Shown here: positions 9,781 through 17,110 of the stretch, one piece after another
Layout: each line of letters opens with the position of its first letter
Position numbering within the stretch: position 1 is the first letter of the stretch
From: an uncultured Gammaproteobacteria bacterium
Lineage (GTDB): Bacteria > Patescibacteriota > Microgenomatia > UBA10105 > UBA927
Length of the DNA: 60,820 nucleotides
Direction: 5' to 3'
Assembly (NCBI GenBank): GCA_964430295.1
Contig: CAYSEV010000004.1
Location: 1-60,820 of the forward strand
Program-made: the position numbers and the translations under genes
The notes under the pieces: model-generated
What the model saw: only the letters and a program-made list of their open reading frames with translations
The model's database searches: none
Told to the model about the DNA's origin: nothing

Positions 9781-9935
9781 TTACGGCCCTTCGACAAGCT
9801 CAGGGAGATGCCACCATAACTTATACTCAATTTCGGGATATAACGGTCCCAACCGTCCCGATTTTTTACCTCGGGATGCTCGACTGTTGGAAGCAGTCTG
9901 CCAGCGCATTTATGTTATTGTATACCTTTGAAGAG

Positions 9936-10556
9936 TTAAGTCAACAATTGCATCATTTTTGGGCTCAGCTGATCTATCGCTTTCTTCCTGTGATTTAACT
10001 GAGCGGTTTCCGCTGGTGTTAAAAGAGCGGTATCATAAAACTTACGAAGCTCAGGCAAATAGAGGAGCGCCCTATACGGAAATCCCGGTGTGCGCGTAAC
10101 CGATGGTGTCTGAGCAACAATACCCCTGATGGATGCCTCGGAAGTCACATTTACACCTTGGGGAATGGCAAATGCAAGTACGAGTCGCAACTGCGCACCG
10201 CGATCTGAAATCGGGACACCTTCAAGCCGTTTTATAGCATAGGCAATAAGATCATCATCAGAATCTTCCTTGTCTCCGGAAATCCACCGATGAGATTTTA
10301 CCCCCGGTTCACCATGCAGTGCATCGATTTCAAACCCTCCATCATCAGCAATAGCAGGAATTCCAGCCAAATCTGCATATGTTTTTGCTTTTAATATGGC
10401 ATTTTCTTGAAATGTTTTTCCTGTTTCATCAACATTCAGGGTAATCCCCATATCTGATAGCGACACAAACTCATATGGTAGATCAGATAAAAATGTCCGA
10501 AGTTCATTGAATTTTCCCGGGTTCGTTGTGGCGATAAGGATCTTCTTTTTCATCAT
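9936..10556 (-). CDS. rdgB: RdgB/HAM1 non-canonical purine NTP pyrophosphatase
   Basis: 206-aa ORF with ATTNPGKFNE near the N-terminus and a FGYDP-like core. Length is typical for the family. Confidence 0.85.
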   Translation of the reverse strand: MMKKKILIATTNPGKFNELRTFLSDLPYEFVSLSDMGITLNVDETGKTFQENAILKAKTYADLAGIPAIADDGGFEIDALHGEPGVKSHRWISGDKEDSDDDLIAYAIKRLEGVPISDRGAQLRLVLAFAIPQGVNVTSEASIRGIVAQTPSVTRTPGFPYRALLYLPELRKFYDTALLTPAETAQLNHRKKAIDQLSPKMMQLLT

Positions 10557-10570
10557 AGTTTAAGTATACT

Positions 10571-11212
10571 ATGTACATGAAACGATTTGTTACATGCTTT
10601 GCTATTATCTCTCCGTATCTTTTTTTGATGCTCTATCTCGTTATTGGGACACTGACACCTGGATACAATCACTTCAAACATACGATTAGTAGATTATCTA
10701 TCGGCCAATATGGATTTTGGCAGTCACTAAATATTGTGCAATTTTCTATAGGAATCATATCCTTAATTTATGTAAGTAGGTTACGTATTCGATCAAAAAA
10801 AACTGCCACTCAATTGTCAAATATGCTTGGCGGTGTAGCATTAACGCTATTATTGATTGCCATTTTCCCGACAGACCCTATAGATGCATTCCCCAAATCG
10901 ATCTTTAGTATTTCGTGGAGAGCACTTGCGCATTTTGGTGTTCTGGTATTGTTTATACTCTGCACACCTATCCTTGTAAAACGGCTGTACGAAGCATTTA
11001 GGCAGGATACGGCACTGAATAAGCTTGCTCCAATCACACTGACATGCGGTATTGCTATGTTTACCTTGAGTATCCTTTGGTTTCTCTTTTTTTATTTTGG
11101 CATGTTCAACGAATACAGAGGACTATTTCAGAAAAGCATGGCAGCAATTGTTTTATACTGGATTGCGACTATCACCCGCAACGTAATGGCACTACCAAAT
11201 AAAAACTGTTAG
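10571..11212 (+). CDS. DUF998-like integral membrane protein
   Basis: 213-aa ORF with about six hydrophobic helices. The family is recalled from overall pattern only. The start may be the ATG at 10577 (MKRF...), 6 nt after a TATACT box. Confidence 0.4.
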   Translation: MYMKRFVTCFAIISPYLFLMLYLVIGTLTPGYNHFKHTISRLSIGQYGFWQSLNIVQFSIGIISLIYVSRLRIRSKKTATQLSNMLGGVALTLLLIAIFPTDPIDAFPKSIFSISWRALAHFGVLVLFILCTPILVKRLYEAFRQDTALNKLAPITLTCGIAMFTLSILWFLFFYFGMFNEYRGLFQKSMAAIVLYWIATITRNVMALPNKNC

Positions 11213-13278
11213 AGACCTAACTCTGCGTGCTTTGCCTGCATAGCATGAAGTGTGAGTTCTATAAATTCCGAAAGAGGAATCCCCAACTTTTCTTCACATT
11301 GTGCAATATGATCGCGATCAACAGGTTTGGCAAATTCTTTGGTTTTCCATTTTTTCATTACAGATGAAAGCTCGACTGTCTCCAGTTTTTTATCCGGTCT
11401 TACAAGCGCCACTGCCACAATAAAACCTGTAAGCTCATCTACTGTTTCAAGAGCCCATTCCATCACAGAGTCAATTTCTGCAAGTTTTGTGAGTTTTCTG
11501 TTATGTGATTGAAGGGCCTTTACGAGCGGGCCTTTTGTAATTCCCATGTCTGATAGCCACTGAAGTGTTTTCTTTGTATGCTCTTCAGGTGCATCTTTTG
11601 TTTCCTCCCAATCGGCATCATGAAGAATGCCCAATACTTCCCATACATCTGCATTACCACCCAATTTCTCCGCCAATGATCGCATTGCATACCCGACAGC
11701 ATAACAGTGTCGGCGCAGGTTTTCATTTTGCATATGAGCGTGCAGCAATTCCATAGCCTGCGTCTTACTCACTATGTCTTGTGCATCTACAGTATGTTCA
11801 GTTATCAGTGCTTTTTCCTTTTTCTGAAATTCCGGTCGAAGCGTCGGGAATAAAATGACATCTTTAAGCGATGCCTGATCGGCAAGGATAGATACCAAAC
11901 GGTCTATACCCATACCCCACCCTGCTGTTGGTGGCATGCCGTATTCCAGTGCACGGATATAATCATAATCAAATGCTTCGTGTTCATCCTGCCCTTCTTC
12001 ACCCAATTTTTCTGATTCTCTCCATCGCATTGACTGATCCTCAGGGTCATTGAGCTCGTTATAGGCATTAATCACTTCTTTTCCAGCAATCAAGAGTTGG
12101 AATGAAGCTGTTTTATGCGGATCGTTTGGTAATCTTTTAGCAAGCGTCACAAATGCCGTTGGCCGATCTGTCAGAAACATTGGCCCTACCAGATGCGGCC
12201 GCGCTGTTGCCTTGTATAAGGAATCTAGTATAGCTCCATATCCGACTACACCCGTGAGATCCAACTGAATTTTTTTAGACTTTATTTCAGCAAGAAGTTG
12301 TTCTTCCGTGAGGGCGACATTTATATCTATACCGGTAAATTCCATAACTACATCCCGATATGATTTTCTTTCCCACTTGCCGGAGAAGTCGATCATCTCA
12401 CCCTGATAGGTAATCGTTGAGCTGCCACAGACTTCTGTTACCAAATTGGCAATCATTTTTTCTGTATAGTTCATAAGCTGTTCGTAATTTGCATACGCCC
12501 AGTAGAACTCCATCATGGTAAATTCAGGATTATGCTGACGGTCTATTCCTTCGTTTCGAAAATCCTTTGAAATTTCATAAACTTTTTCAAATCCACCGGC
12601 AATCAGTCGTTTCAGATACAGTTCGTCCGAGATGCGCAGATACAAATCAGCATCCAATGCATTATGGTGGGTAACAAACGGTTTCGCCGATGCACCACCG
12701 TAAATTGGTTGGAGAACCGGAGTTTCCACTTCTAGAAAACCGTCATGATCAAAATAATTTCGAAGAAATCGGACAACTTTGGTGCGAAGTAAAAATACTT
12801 CACGAACCCCTGGATTTACAACCAGATCTACATAGCGTTGTCTGTAGCGTTCTTCTACATCTTTCAGCCCATGCCACTTGTCGGGTAACGGACGAATAGA
12901 TTTAGATAACAAGCGTATGCGAGTTGCAAATACAGAACACTCACCTGCCTGTGTGGTTCCTATAGAACCTTCTACCTCTATAAAATCCCCCATATCAAGA
13001 AAGGATACAAGGGAAAACGAATCCGTATCCAGTGCATCCTGTTTTAATACGGCCTGAATTTTGCCGGAGAGATCAACAACATCGCAAAACACGATCTTTC
13101 CATGTCCACGCATGGCCATGATCCGACCGGTTACTATGACGGTTTTATCCGTCATGTCCCGTGCTTCTGCTATGGTCTGTGTACGACCGGAGACGGATGG
13201 ATACGGGTCTATCCCCCGCTTTTTGAGTTCTACCAGTTTTTGCTTTCTTGTTTCAATTAGTTCTTCTAGTGTTGGCAT
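11209..13278 (-). CDS. lysS: class II lysyl-tRNA synthetase fused to a C-terminal HD-domain hydrolase
   Basis: 689-aa ORF. Residues 1 to ~485 are an OB anticodon-binding domain plus class II core (FRNEG, GMGIDRL, ILFPTLRPE). Residues ~500-689 carry HD-domain signatures (RRHCYAVGYAM...GILHDADWE). There is no stop or frameshift between the two parts. Confidence 0.9.
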   Translation of the reverse strand: MPTLEELIETRKQKLVELKKRGIDPYPSVSGRTQTIAEARDMTDKTVIVTGRIMAMRGHGKIVFCDVVDLSGKIQAVLKQDALDTDSFSLVSFLDMGDFIEVEGSIGTTQAGECSVFATRIRLLSKSIRPLPDKWHGLKDVEERYRQRYVDLVVNPGVREVFLLRTKVVRFLRNYFDHDGFLEVETPVLQPIYGGASAKPFVTHHNALDADLYLRISDELYLKRLIAGGFEKVYEISKDFRNEGIDRQHNPEFTMMEFYWAYANYEQLMNYTEKMIANLVTEVCGSSTITYQGEMIDFSGKWERKSYRDVVMEFTGIDINVALTEEQLLAEIKSKKIQLDLTGVVGYGAILDSLYKATARPHLVGPMFLTDRPTAFVTLAKRLPNDPHKTASFQLLIAGKEVINAYNELNDPEDQSMRWRESEKLGEEGQDEHEAFDYDYIRALEYGMPPTAGWGMGIDRLVSILADQASLKDVILFPTLRPEFQKKEKALITEHTVDAQDIVSKTQAMELLHAHMQNENLRRHCYAVGYAMRSLAEKLGGNADVWEVLGILHDADWEETKDAPEEHTKKTLQWLSDMGITKGPLVKALQSHNRKLTKLAEIDSVMEWALETVDELTGFIVAVALVRPDKKLETVELSSVMKKWKTKEFAKPVDRDHIAQCEEKLGIPLSEFIELTLHAMQAKHAELGL

Positions 13279-13361
13279 AGTAGTATTTTAACACAACCCC
13301 GTTGAGTCGGGATTGATGGGACTGTAAACTCGCACATACGCATGTGCTCGTTACCATCCAT

Positions 13362-13390
13362 CAAAAAATCCCGCTTTCGCGGGATATTTT
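13362..13390 (-). terminator. intrinsic terminator downstream of greA
   Basis: AAAAAA-ATCCCGC-TTTC-GCGGGAT-ATTTT. The 7-bp GC-rich stem is followed by T6 on the minus strand, 20 nt after the greA stop. Confidence 0.8.
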
Positions 13391-13409
13391 GATTATATAT
13401 ATTGTTTTT

Positions 13410-13874
13410 TTACTGAATCTCTAGGACTTTGTAGAGCACTTTTCCCGCAGGTGCTGCTACTTCCACTTTTTCCCCGACTTTTTTGCCTATAAGGGCTTTA
13501 CCAAGTGGAGATGAGTGGGATATCTTTTTTTCCATCGGATTTGCTTCCCATTCACCGACCAGATGAAAGGTTTCTTTTTTGTTACCGATCGTAACTGTTA
13601 CTTTACAGCCGACATCTACCTGTGACTTACCATGAGATGTCACAACCTTTGCATTGTGCATGATTTCTTCCAGTTCGATGATTCTGCCATCTATAAATGA
13701 CAAATCTGTCTTTGCTGCTGCGTATTCACTATTTTCTGATAAATCACCTGCTTCGCGTGCAGATGCAAGACGCGTCACAGCTTCCGGTCTTTTGGTATTG
13801 ACCAGTTCTTCGTGTTCACGCTTTAACTCTGCCAAGCCTTCAGGCGTTAGTACAATTTTGTTTTGTATATCCAT
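13410..13874 (-). CDS. greA: transcription elongation factor GreA
   Basis: 154-aa ORF with an N-terminal coiled coil carrying the acidic tip (DLSENSEY) and a C-terminal FKBP-like domain. GGAGG lies upstream. Confidence 0.93.
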   Translation of the reverse strand: MDIQNKIVLTPEGLAELKREHEELVNTKRPEAVTRLASAREAGDLSENSEYAAAKTDLSFIDGRIIELEEIMHNAKVVTSHGKSQVDVGCKVTVTIGNKKETFHLVGEWEANPMEKKISHSSPLGKALIGKKVGEKVEVAAPAGKVLYKVLEIQ

Positions 13875-14106
13875 ATGCTCAAAAAAAACCTCCCCAATCT
13901 ACCATGCAAGGAAAAAAAGGGAGCAGTTGATAAATACTTTGTACGTTACCGTACGTTTGTTATTTTAATCTTTTTGCCTTGTTATGTCAATAGTAAACTG
14001 ATACAATTCTCTGTACAGATATACAAATTTAGCCTCAAAATTGCGTTAAGATATTTACTACAGGTTATAATCTGAAGCTATTTTTTGTATAATACTGAAA
14101 GCTATT

Positions 14107-14180
14107 GCCCCTATCGTCTAGCGGCCTAGGACGGTGCGTTCTCATCGCACAAATCGCCGGTTCGAATCCGGCTAGGGGTA
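14107..14180 (+). tRNA. tRNA-Glu (anticodon CUC), CCA not encoded
   Basis: Folded by hand. Acceptor GCCCCTA/TAGGGGT (G1-U72 wobble), D-arm GTCT-AGCGGCCTA-GGAC as in tRNA-Glu, anticodon stem GTGCG/CGCAC with loop TTCTCAT, and T-arm GCCGG-TTCGAAT-CCGGC. TATAAT boxes sit at 14066-14071 and 14088-14093 upstream. Confidence 0.9.
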
Positions 14181-14181
14181 C

Positions 14182-14310
14182 AAATAAAAAGATCCCGCTT
14201 TAAGAGGGATCTTTTTGTTTATATCCCCTCCCGAAGAGCCGTTGCAGCATGTGCGGTTCGTAATGCCCATATACATCGGCATTGTTATTCATCCGGCCAG
14301 GGGGGTACAA
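14182..14310 (+). repeat. repeat unit A: tRNA downstream flank ending in a pseudo tRNA 3' end (TTCATCCGGCCAGGGGGGTACAA)
   Basis: Aligns by eye with 14589-14705. Its last 23 nt mimic the tRNA T-arm/acceptor 3' end (TTCGAATCCGGCTAGGGGTACAA). Confidence 0.7.
14186..14217 (+). terminator. intrinsic terminator after tRNA-Glu
   Basis: AAAAA-GATCCC-GCTTTAAGA-GGGATC-TTTTT. Confidence 0.75.
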
Positions 14311-14317
14311 TTGAATT

Positions 14318-14545
14318 ATGAAAAAAATAACTCTGATATTGTTAATAATAACCTTATCTCCAATTATTATTATGAATATCTTACCCGGTCACTTTGACTA
14401 TGTGTGTTGTGGTGTTGGTTATGTAAATAATGCAAATAGAATAGCTTGCATCGCAACAAATTTTTGCGATCATAATTCAATTCTTTCGCCAAATATTGTT
14501 GAAAAAATTTTATTGTTTTCTGCAAAATTTGACTTAACTAAATAG
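14318..14545 (+). CDS. hypothetical small secreted/membrane peptide with four Cys
   Basis: 75-aa ORF with a hydrophobic N-terminus (MKKITLILLIITLSPIIIM) followed by HFDYVCCGVGY...CIATNFC. It lies between repeat units A and B. No homolog recognised. Confidence 0.35.
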   Translation: MKKITLILLIITLSPIIIMNILPGHFDYVCCGVGYVNNANRIACIATNFCDHNSILSPNIVEKILLFSAKFDLTK

Positions 14546-14588
14546 CAAACCGTATAAAAACGTTCCTATAATTGCTCAACATGTGTAT

Positions 14589-14705
14589 AAATAAAAATTC
14601 CGCTTTAAACGGGTTTTTTGTTTATTACCCAACCAAGAGAATCGCCACACGGTTTGTAGCACACTCAATATATTTGCACTGTTATTAATCAGGCTAGGGT
14701 GAGAG
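14589..14705 (+). repeat. repeat unit B: second copy of the tRNA downstream flank plus pseudo 3' end
   Basis: AAATAAAAATTCCGCTTTAAACGGGTTTTTTGTTTAT ... CACTGTTATTAATCAGGCTAGGGTGAGAG parallels unit A at roughly 70 percent identity, judged by eye. Confidence 0.65.
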
Positions 14706-14862
14706 TTCTATAAGCATTTAAATTTGAAACTAATTCTTTACAAAAGAATACATAATAAATAATTCAAAATATCTTTTGATATTGATTTCACCCATTATTA
14801 GGAATGGAAGATACGATTTTAGAGTCTTTTATATGCTATAAACTTCTGTTATACCAATATCA

Positions 14863-15687
14863 ATGAGCAGATATCGGCATAGCAAATATTCACTTTCATA
14901 CATTATATTCTTATTTACGCTTGCATTATTCTCATCAGTCTTATCAGGCAACAAAACTATAATTCAGAGCGCTACAAAAGCTCTTTTACCAATCATTTAT
15001 ATTCTTGGTTTAATACTAATTATTAAACATCTTTATAACATATTCAAAGAATACCAATTATCTAAAACTGACATATATGATATTGATAGAATGTCTGGTA
15101 CAGAATTCGAACAAAGATTAATTATCTTATACAGAAACCTTGGATATAAAGTAACTCATATAGGACATTCTGGAGATGCGGGAGTAGATTTGATCGTGGA
15201 AAAAGATGGAATTAAAACTGCTGTACAAGCAAAAAGATACAAAGGAAACGTTCCAGAATCAGCGGTGCAACAAGTACATACAGGAAAAGATTATTACAAA
15301 TGCGATAGAGCTATCATCGTAACAAATAGTTTTTTTACCCAGATGGCACAGAATGTAGCAGCCAAAACAAATATTACACTCTGGAATAGAAACACTCTTA
15401 TAAAAGAACTTCTAGAAGAACATGACACATTAACGTTTAAAACAGTCGTTACAAATTCAAATCATACAAATAATATCCAACAAACTGTACCAACCGATAG
15501 ACCAAAAGCAACAAAAGAATTAATACAATATATTAGAGATTGTATTCATAAAGGCGAAACATGGACTGGTATAAAATCTAGAATGCTTAAAATTGGATGG
15601 TCAGAGGAAGCATTAAACGATGGATTCTTTCAATATTATAATAATCTTGGAACAGCCGAATCATATGAAACTAAAAAATTCCTATAA
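14863..15687 (+). CDS. membrane-anchored Mrr-cat (type IV restriction endonuclease-like) domain protein
   Basis: 274-aa ORF with two N-terminal TM helices, then GTEFEQRLIILYRNLGYKV...GDAGVDLIVEKDG...AVQAKRY...AIIVTNSFFT, which matches the Mrr_cat D-(D/E)xK pattern. A ~90-aa C-terminal extension is of unknown type. Confidence 0.75.
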   Translation: MSRYRHSKYSLSYIIFLFTLALFSSVLSGNKTIIQSATKALLPIIYILGLILIIKHLYNIFKEYQLSKTDIYDIDRMSGTEFEQRLIILYRNLGYKVTHIGHSGDAGVDLIVEKDGIKTAVQAKRYKGNVPESAVQQVHTGKDYYKCDRAIIVTNSFFTQMAQNVAAKTNITLWNRNTLIKELLEEHDTLTFKTVVTNSNHTNNIQQTVPTDRPKATKELIQYIRDCIHKGETWTGIKSRMLKIGWSEEALNDGFFQYYNNLGTAESYETKKFL

Positions 15688-15737
15688 CATATCAACAGAG
15701 TACTAAATAAATTCGATAAAAGTATATACTATAAAAT

Positions 15738-16037
15738 TTAAAATAATTTCCTTAACTCACCATAAAGTTCTATTACACCAATAATGAATACAACAGAGAA
15801 TAATACACGTGTTAACCAGGAATGTATCAGATTTGACGTGGATCGCTCTGGTAAAAATTTAAAATATTTTAACGGCACAAGGATTGGAAATAATATTATA
15901 TTTAACCCAGGATGATTAAAATAAGACAATTTAGGGTATTTTTTTAATATATTTTCAATATTTTTTTGAGGGAAAAATGCAAAAAATCCCCCAATTACTA
16001 TAAATAATATATAAAATATTGAACTTTCGATATCCAC
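15738..16037 (-). CDS. hypothetical small membrane protein (about 3 TM)
   Basis: 99-aa ORF convergent with the Mrr-like gene. It is strongly hydrophobic, with no recognised family. Confidence 0.4.
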   Translation of the reverse strand: MDIESSIFYILFIVIGGFFAFFPQKNIENILKKYPKLSYFNHPGLNIILFPILVPLKYFKFLPERSTSNLIHSWLTRVLFSVVFIIGVIELYGELRKLF

Positions 16038-16086
16038 AAAACCATTATAGAAGAAAAATGTCTCATTTCAAATTATTTCAGAAATG

Positions 16087-16112
16087 ATATATCCGAATTT
16101 CGTAAGCACTAG
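16087..16112 (+). repeat. repeat C: decayed tRNA-3'-like segment (ATATATCCGAATTTCGTAAGCACTAG)
   Basis: Shares ATAT(A)TCC-N4-TTCGTAAGCA with 16715-16738. Confidence 0.5.
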
Positions 16113-16177
16113 TTTATTTGATAAAAATAAAACCAAAAATAAAATTTAATTTACTAGTAATAGTATATAATTAATCT

Positions 16178-16699
16178 ATGTTTGAAAAAATTATAAACAC
16201 TGCTGGAGGGTGGATTGAAGGACTAAAGTACCCTAGTGCAAAACGTGAACTTGATACTGTTAAGTATCAATGGTACACAAAACAAAGCAAAACACTTTAT
16301 CCACATGCTCTGAAAGATGATACTGCACCTTATTTTGTAGTACGAGTCACAAATAAAAGCTTAGGAAAAATAGGAATTTATGATTTTCCGTTAAAAGAAG
16401 AGGAACTGAAAGGGTTAATGTCTTTTTATACCGGTAACAATGATAATACTAACATCATCGGCAAAGCTGATAAGTTGCTATTAGGAGCATTTGGAATACG
16501 GTCTGACAAAGAAGTATTTCAATTATCGGATTTTAAATTTAAACTATCTATACAGCATCTAATGGCTTTTAGAAATGATGATCCCGACAGACCATTTGGA
16601 ATAAGATCAACCACTCTATCTCCCAGCGGCATAGATATTCAATATGCGTTTTTTACTCAACACGATATGTCTGTCATTAGTGAAGAGTTAGCAAAATAG
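16178..16699 (+). CDS. hypothetical protein (orphan, soluble)
   Basis: 173-aa ORF with no motif recognised. A TATAAT box at 16166-16171 ends 6 nt before the ATG. Confidence 0.5.
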   Translation: MFEKIINTAGGWIEGLKYPSAKRELDTVKYQWYTKQSKTLYPHALKDDTAPYFVVRVTNKSLGKIGIYDFPLKEEELKGLMSFYTGNNDNTNIIGKADKLLLGAFGIRSDKEVFQLSDFKFKLSIQHLMAFRNDDPDRPFGIRSTTLSPSGIDIQYAFFTQHDMSVISEELAK

Positions 16700-16714
16700 T
16701 CAGCAATATATATT

Positions 16715-16755
16715 ATATTCCATACTTCGTAAGCATTACGGGGCAAATAAAAAGA
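16715..16755 (+). repeat. repeat D: decayed tRNA 3' end plus flank junction (CTTCGTAAGCATTACGGGGCAAATAAAAAGA)
   Basis: GGGG..CAAATAAAAAGA reproduces the genuine junction GGGGTACAAATAAAAAGA at 14175-14192. This is a candidate distal att copy. Confidence 0.6.
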
Positions 16756-16781
16756 ATCATCATTCTGTTCAAGATATCTTT

Positions 16782-17102
16782 TTACTTCTTTTTCTGCATC
16801 TTAGGAAGTGCATCTGCAGTAAAGCGCACAAGTGTCGTCATAAATTCCCGATCATCAAGATTATCTGTCACATTCATAGATGGTTTTGCACCGGGATACG
16901 CATACCCTTCTGAATATCTTCCTACTGCATATTGTTTTCCCGCGTCTGTATATTTTATATACAGCTGATCATCACAGATAAGCCCAACTACTTTGTTATC
17001 ACAGTAGAGTGCATACTCTCCGAACATTTTTCGAACCCGAATATCTCCCAGATCTTGAAGCTGCTCACAAATGTAATCTGCCGTTGTCTGATCTGTAGAC
17101 AT
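16782..17102 (-). CDS. TfoX N-terminal domain protein
   Basis: 106-aa ORF. MFGEYALYCDNKVVGLICDDQLYIK is typical of the TfoX_N domain. Confidence 0.65.
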   Translation of the reverse strand: MSTDQTTADYICEQLQDLGDIRVRKMFGEYALYCDNKVVGLICDDQLYIKYTDAGKQYAVGRYSEGYAYPGAKPSMNVTDNLDDREFMTTLVRFTADALPKMQKKK

Positions 17103-17110
17103 AGTGTGTG

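Noticed and set aside
9868-9910. Possible SRP (4.5S) RNA because of a GGAAGCAG motif, or a T-box leader for serS
   Set aside because: The motif sits in a simple 5-bp hairpin (GACTG/CAGTC) without the GNRA tetraloop and the symmetric/asymmetric loop context of SRP helix 8. No T-box consensus (GGGTGGTACCGCG-like) or specifier-loop architecture could be found by eye. The region is left as unassigned structured RNA/DNA.
9774-9998. 74-aa plus-strand ORF (MRVTALRQAQGD...) in the rdgB-serS spacer
   Set aside because: It begins inside the GC-rich palindromic repeat, and LRQAQGD-type translations are typical repeat artefacts. It runs antisense into the rdgB 3' end. There is no RBS and no recognisable fold.
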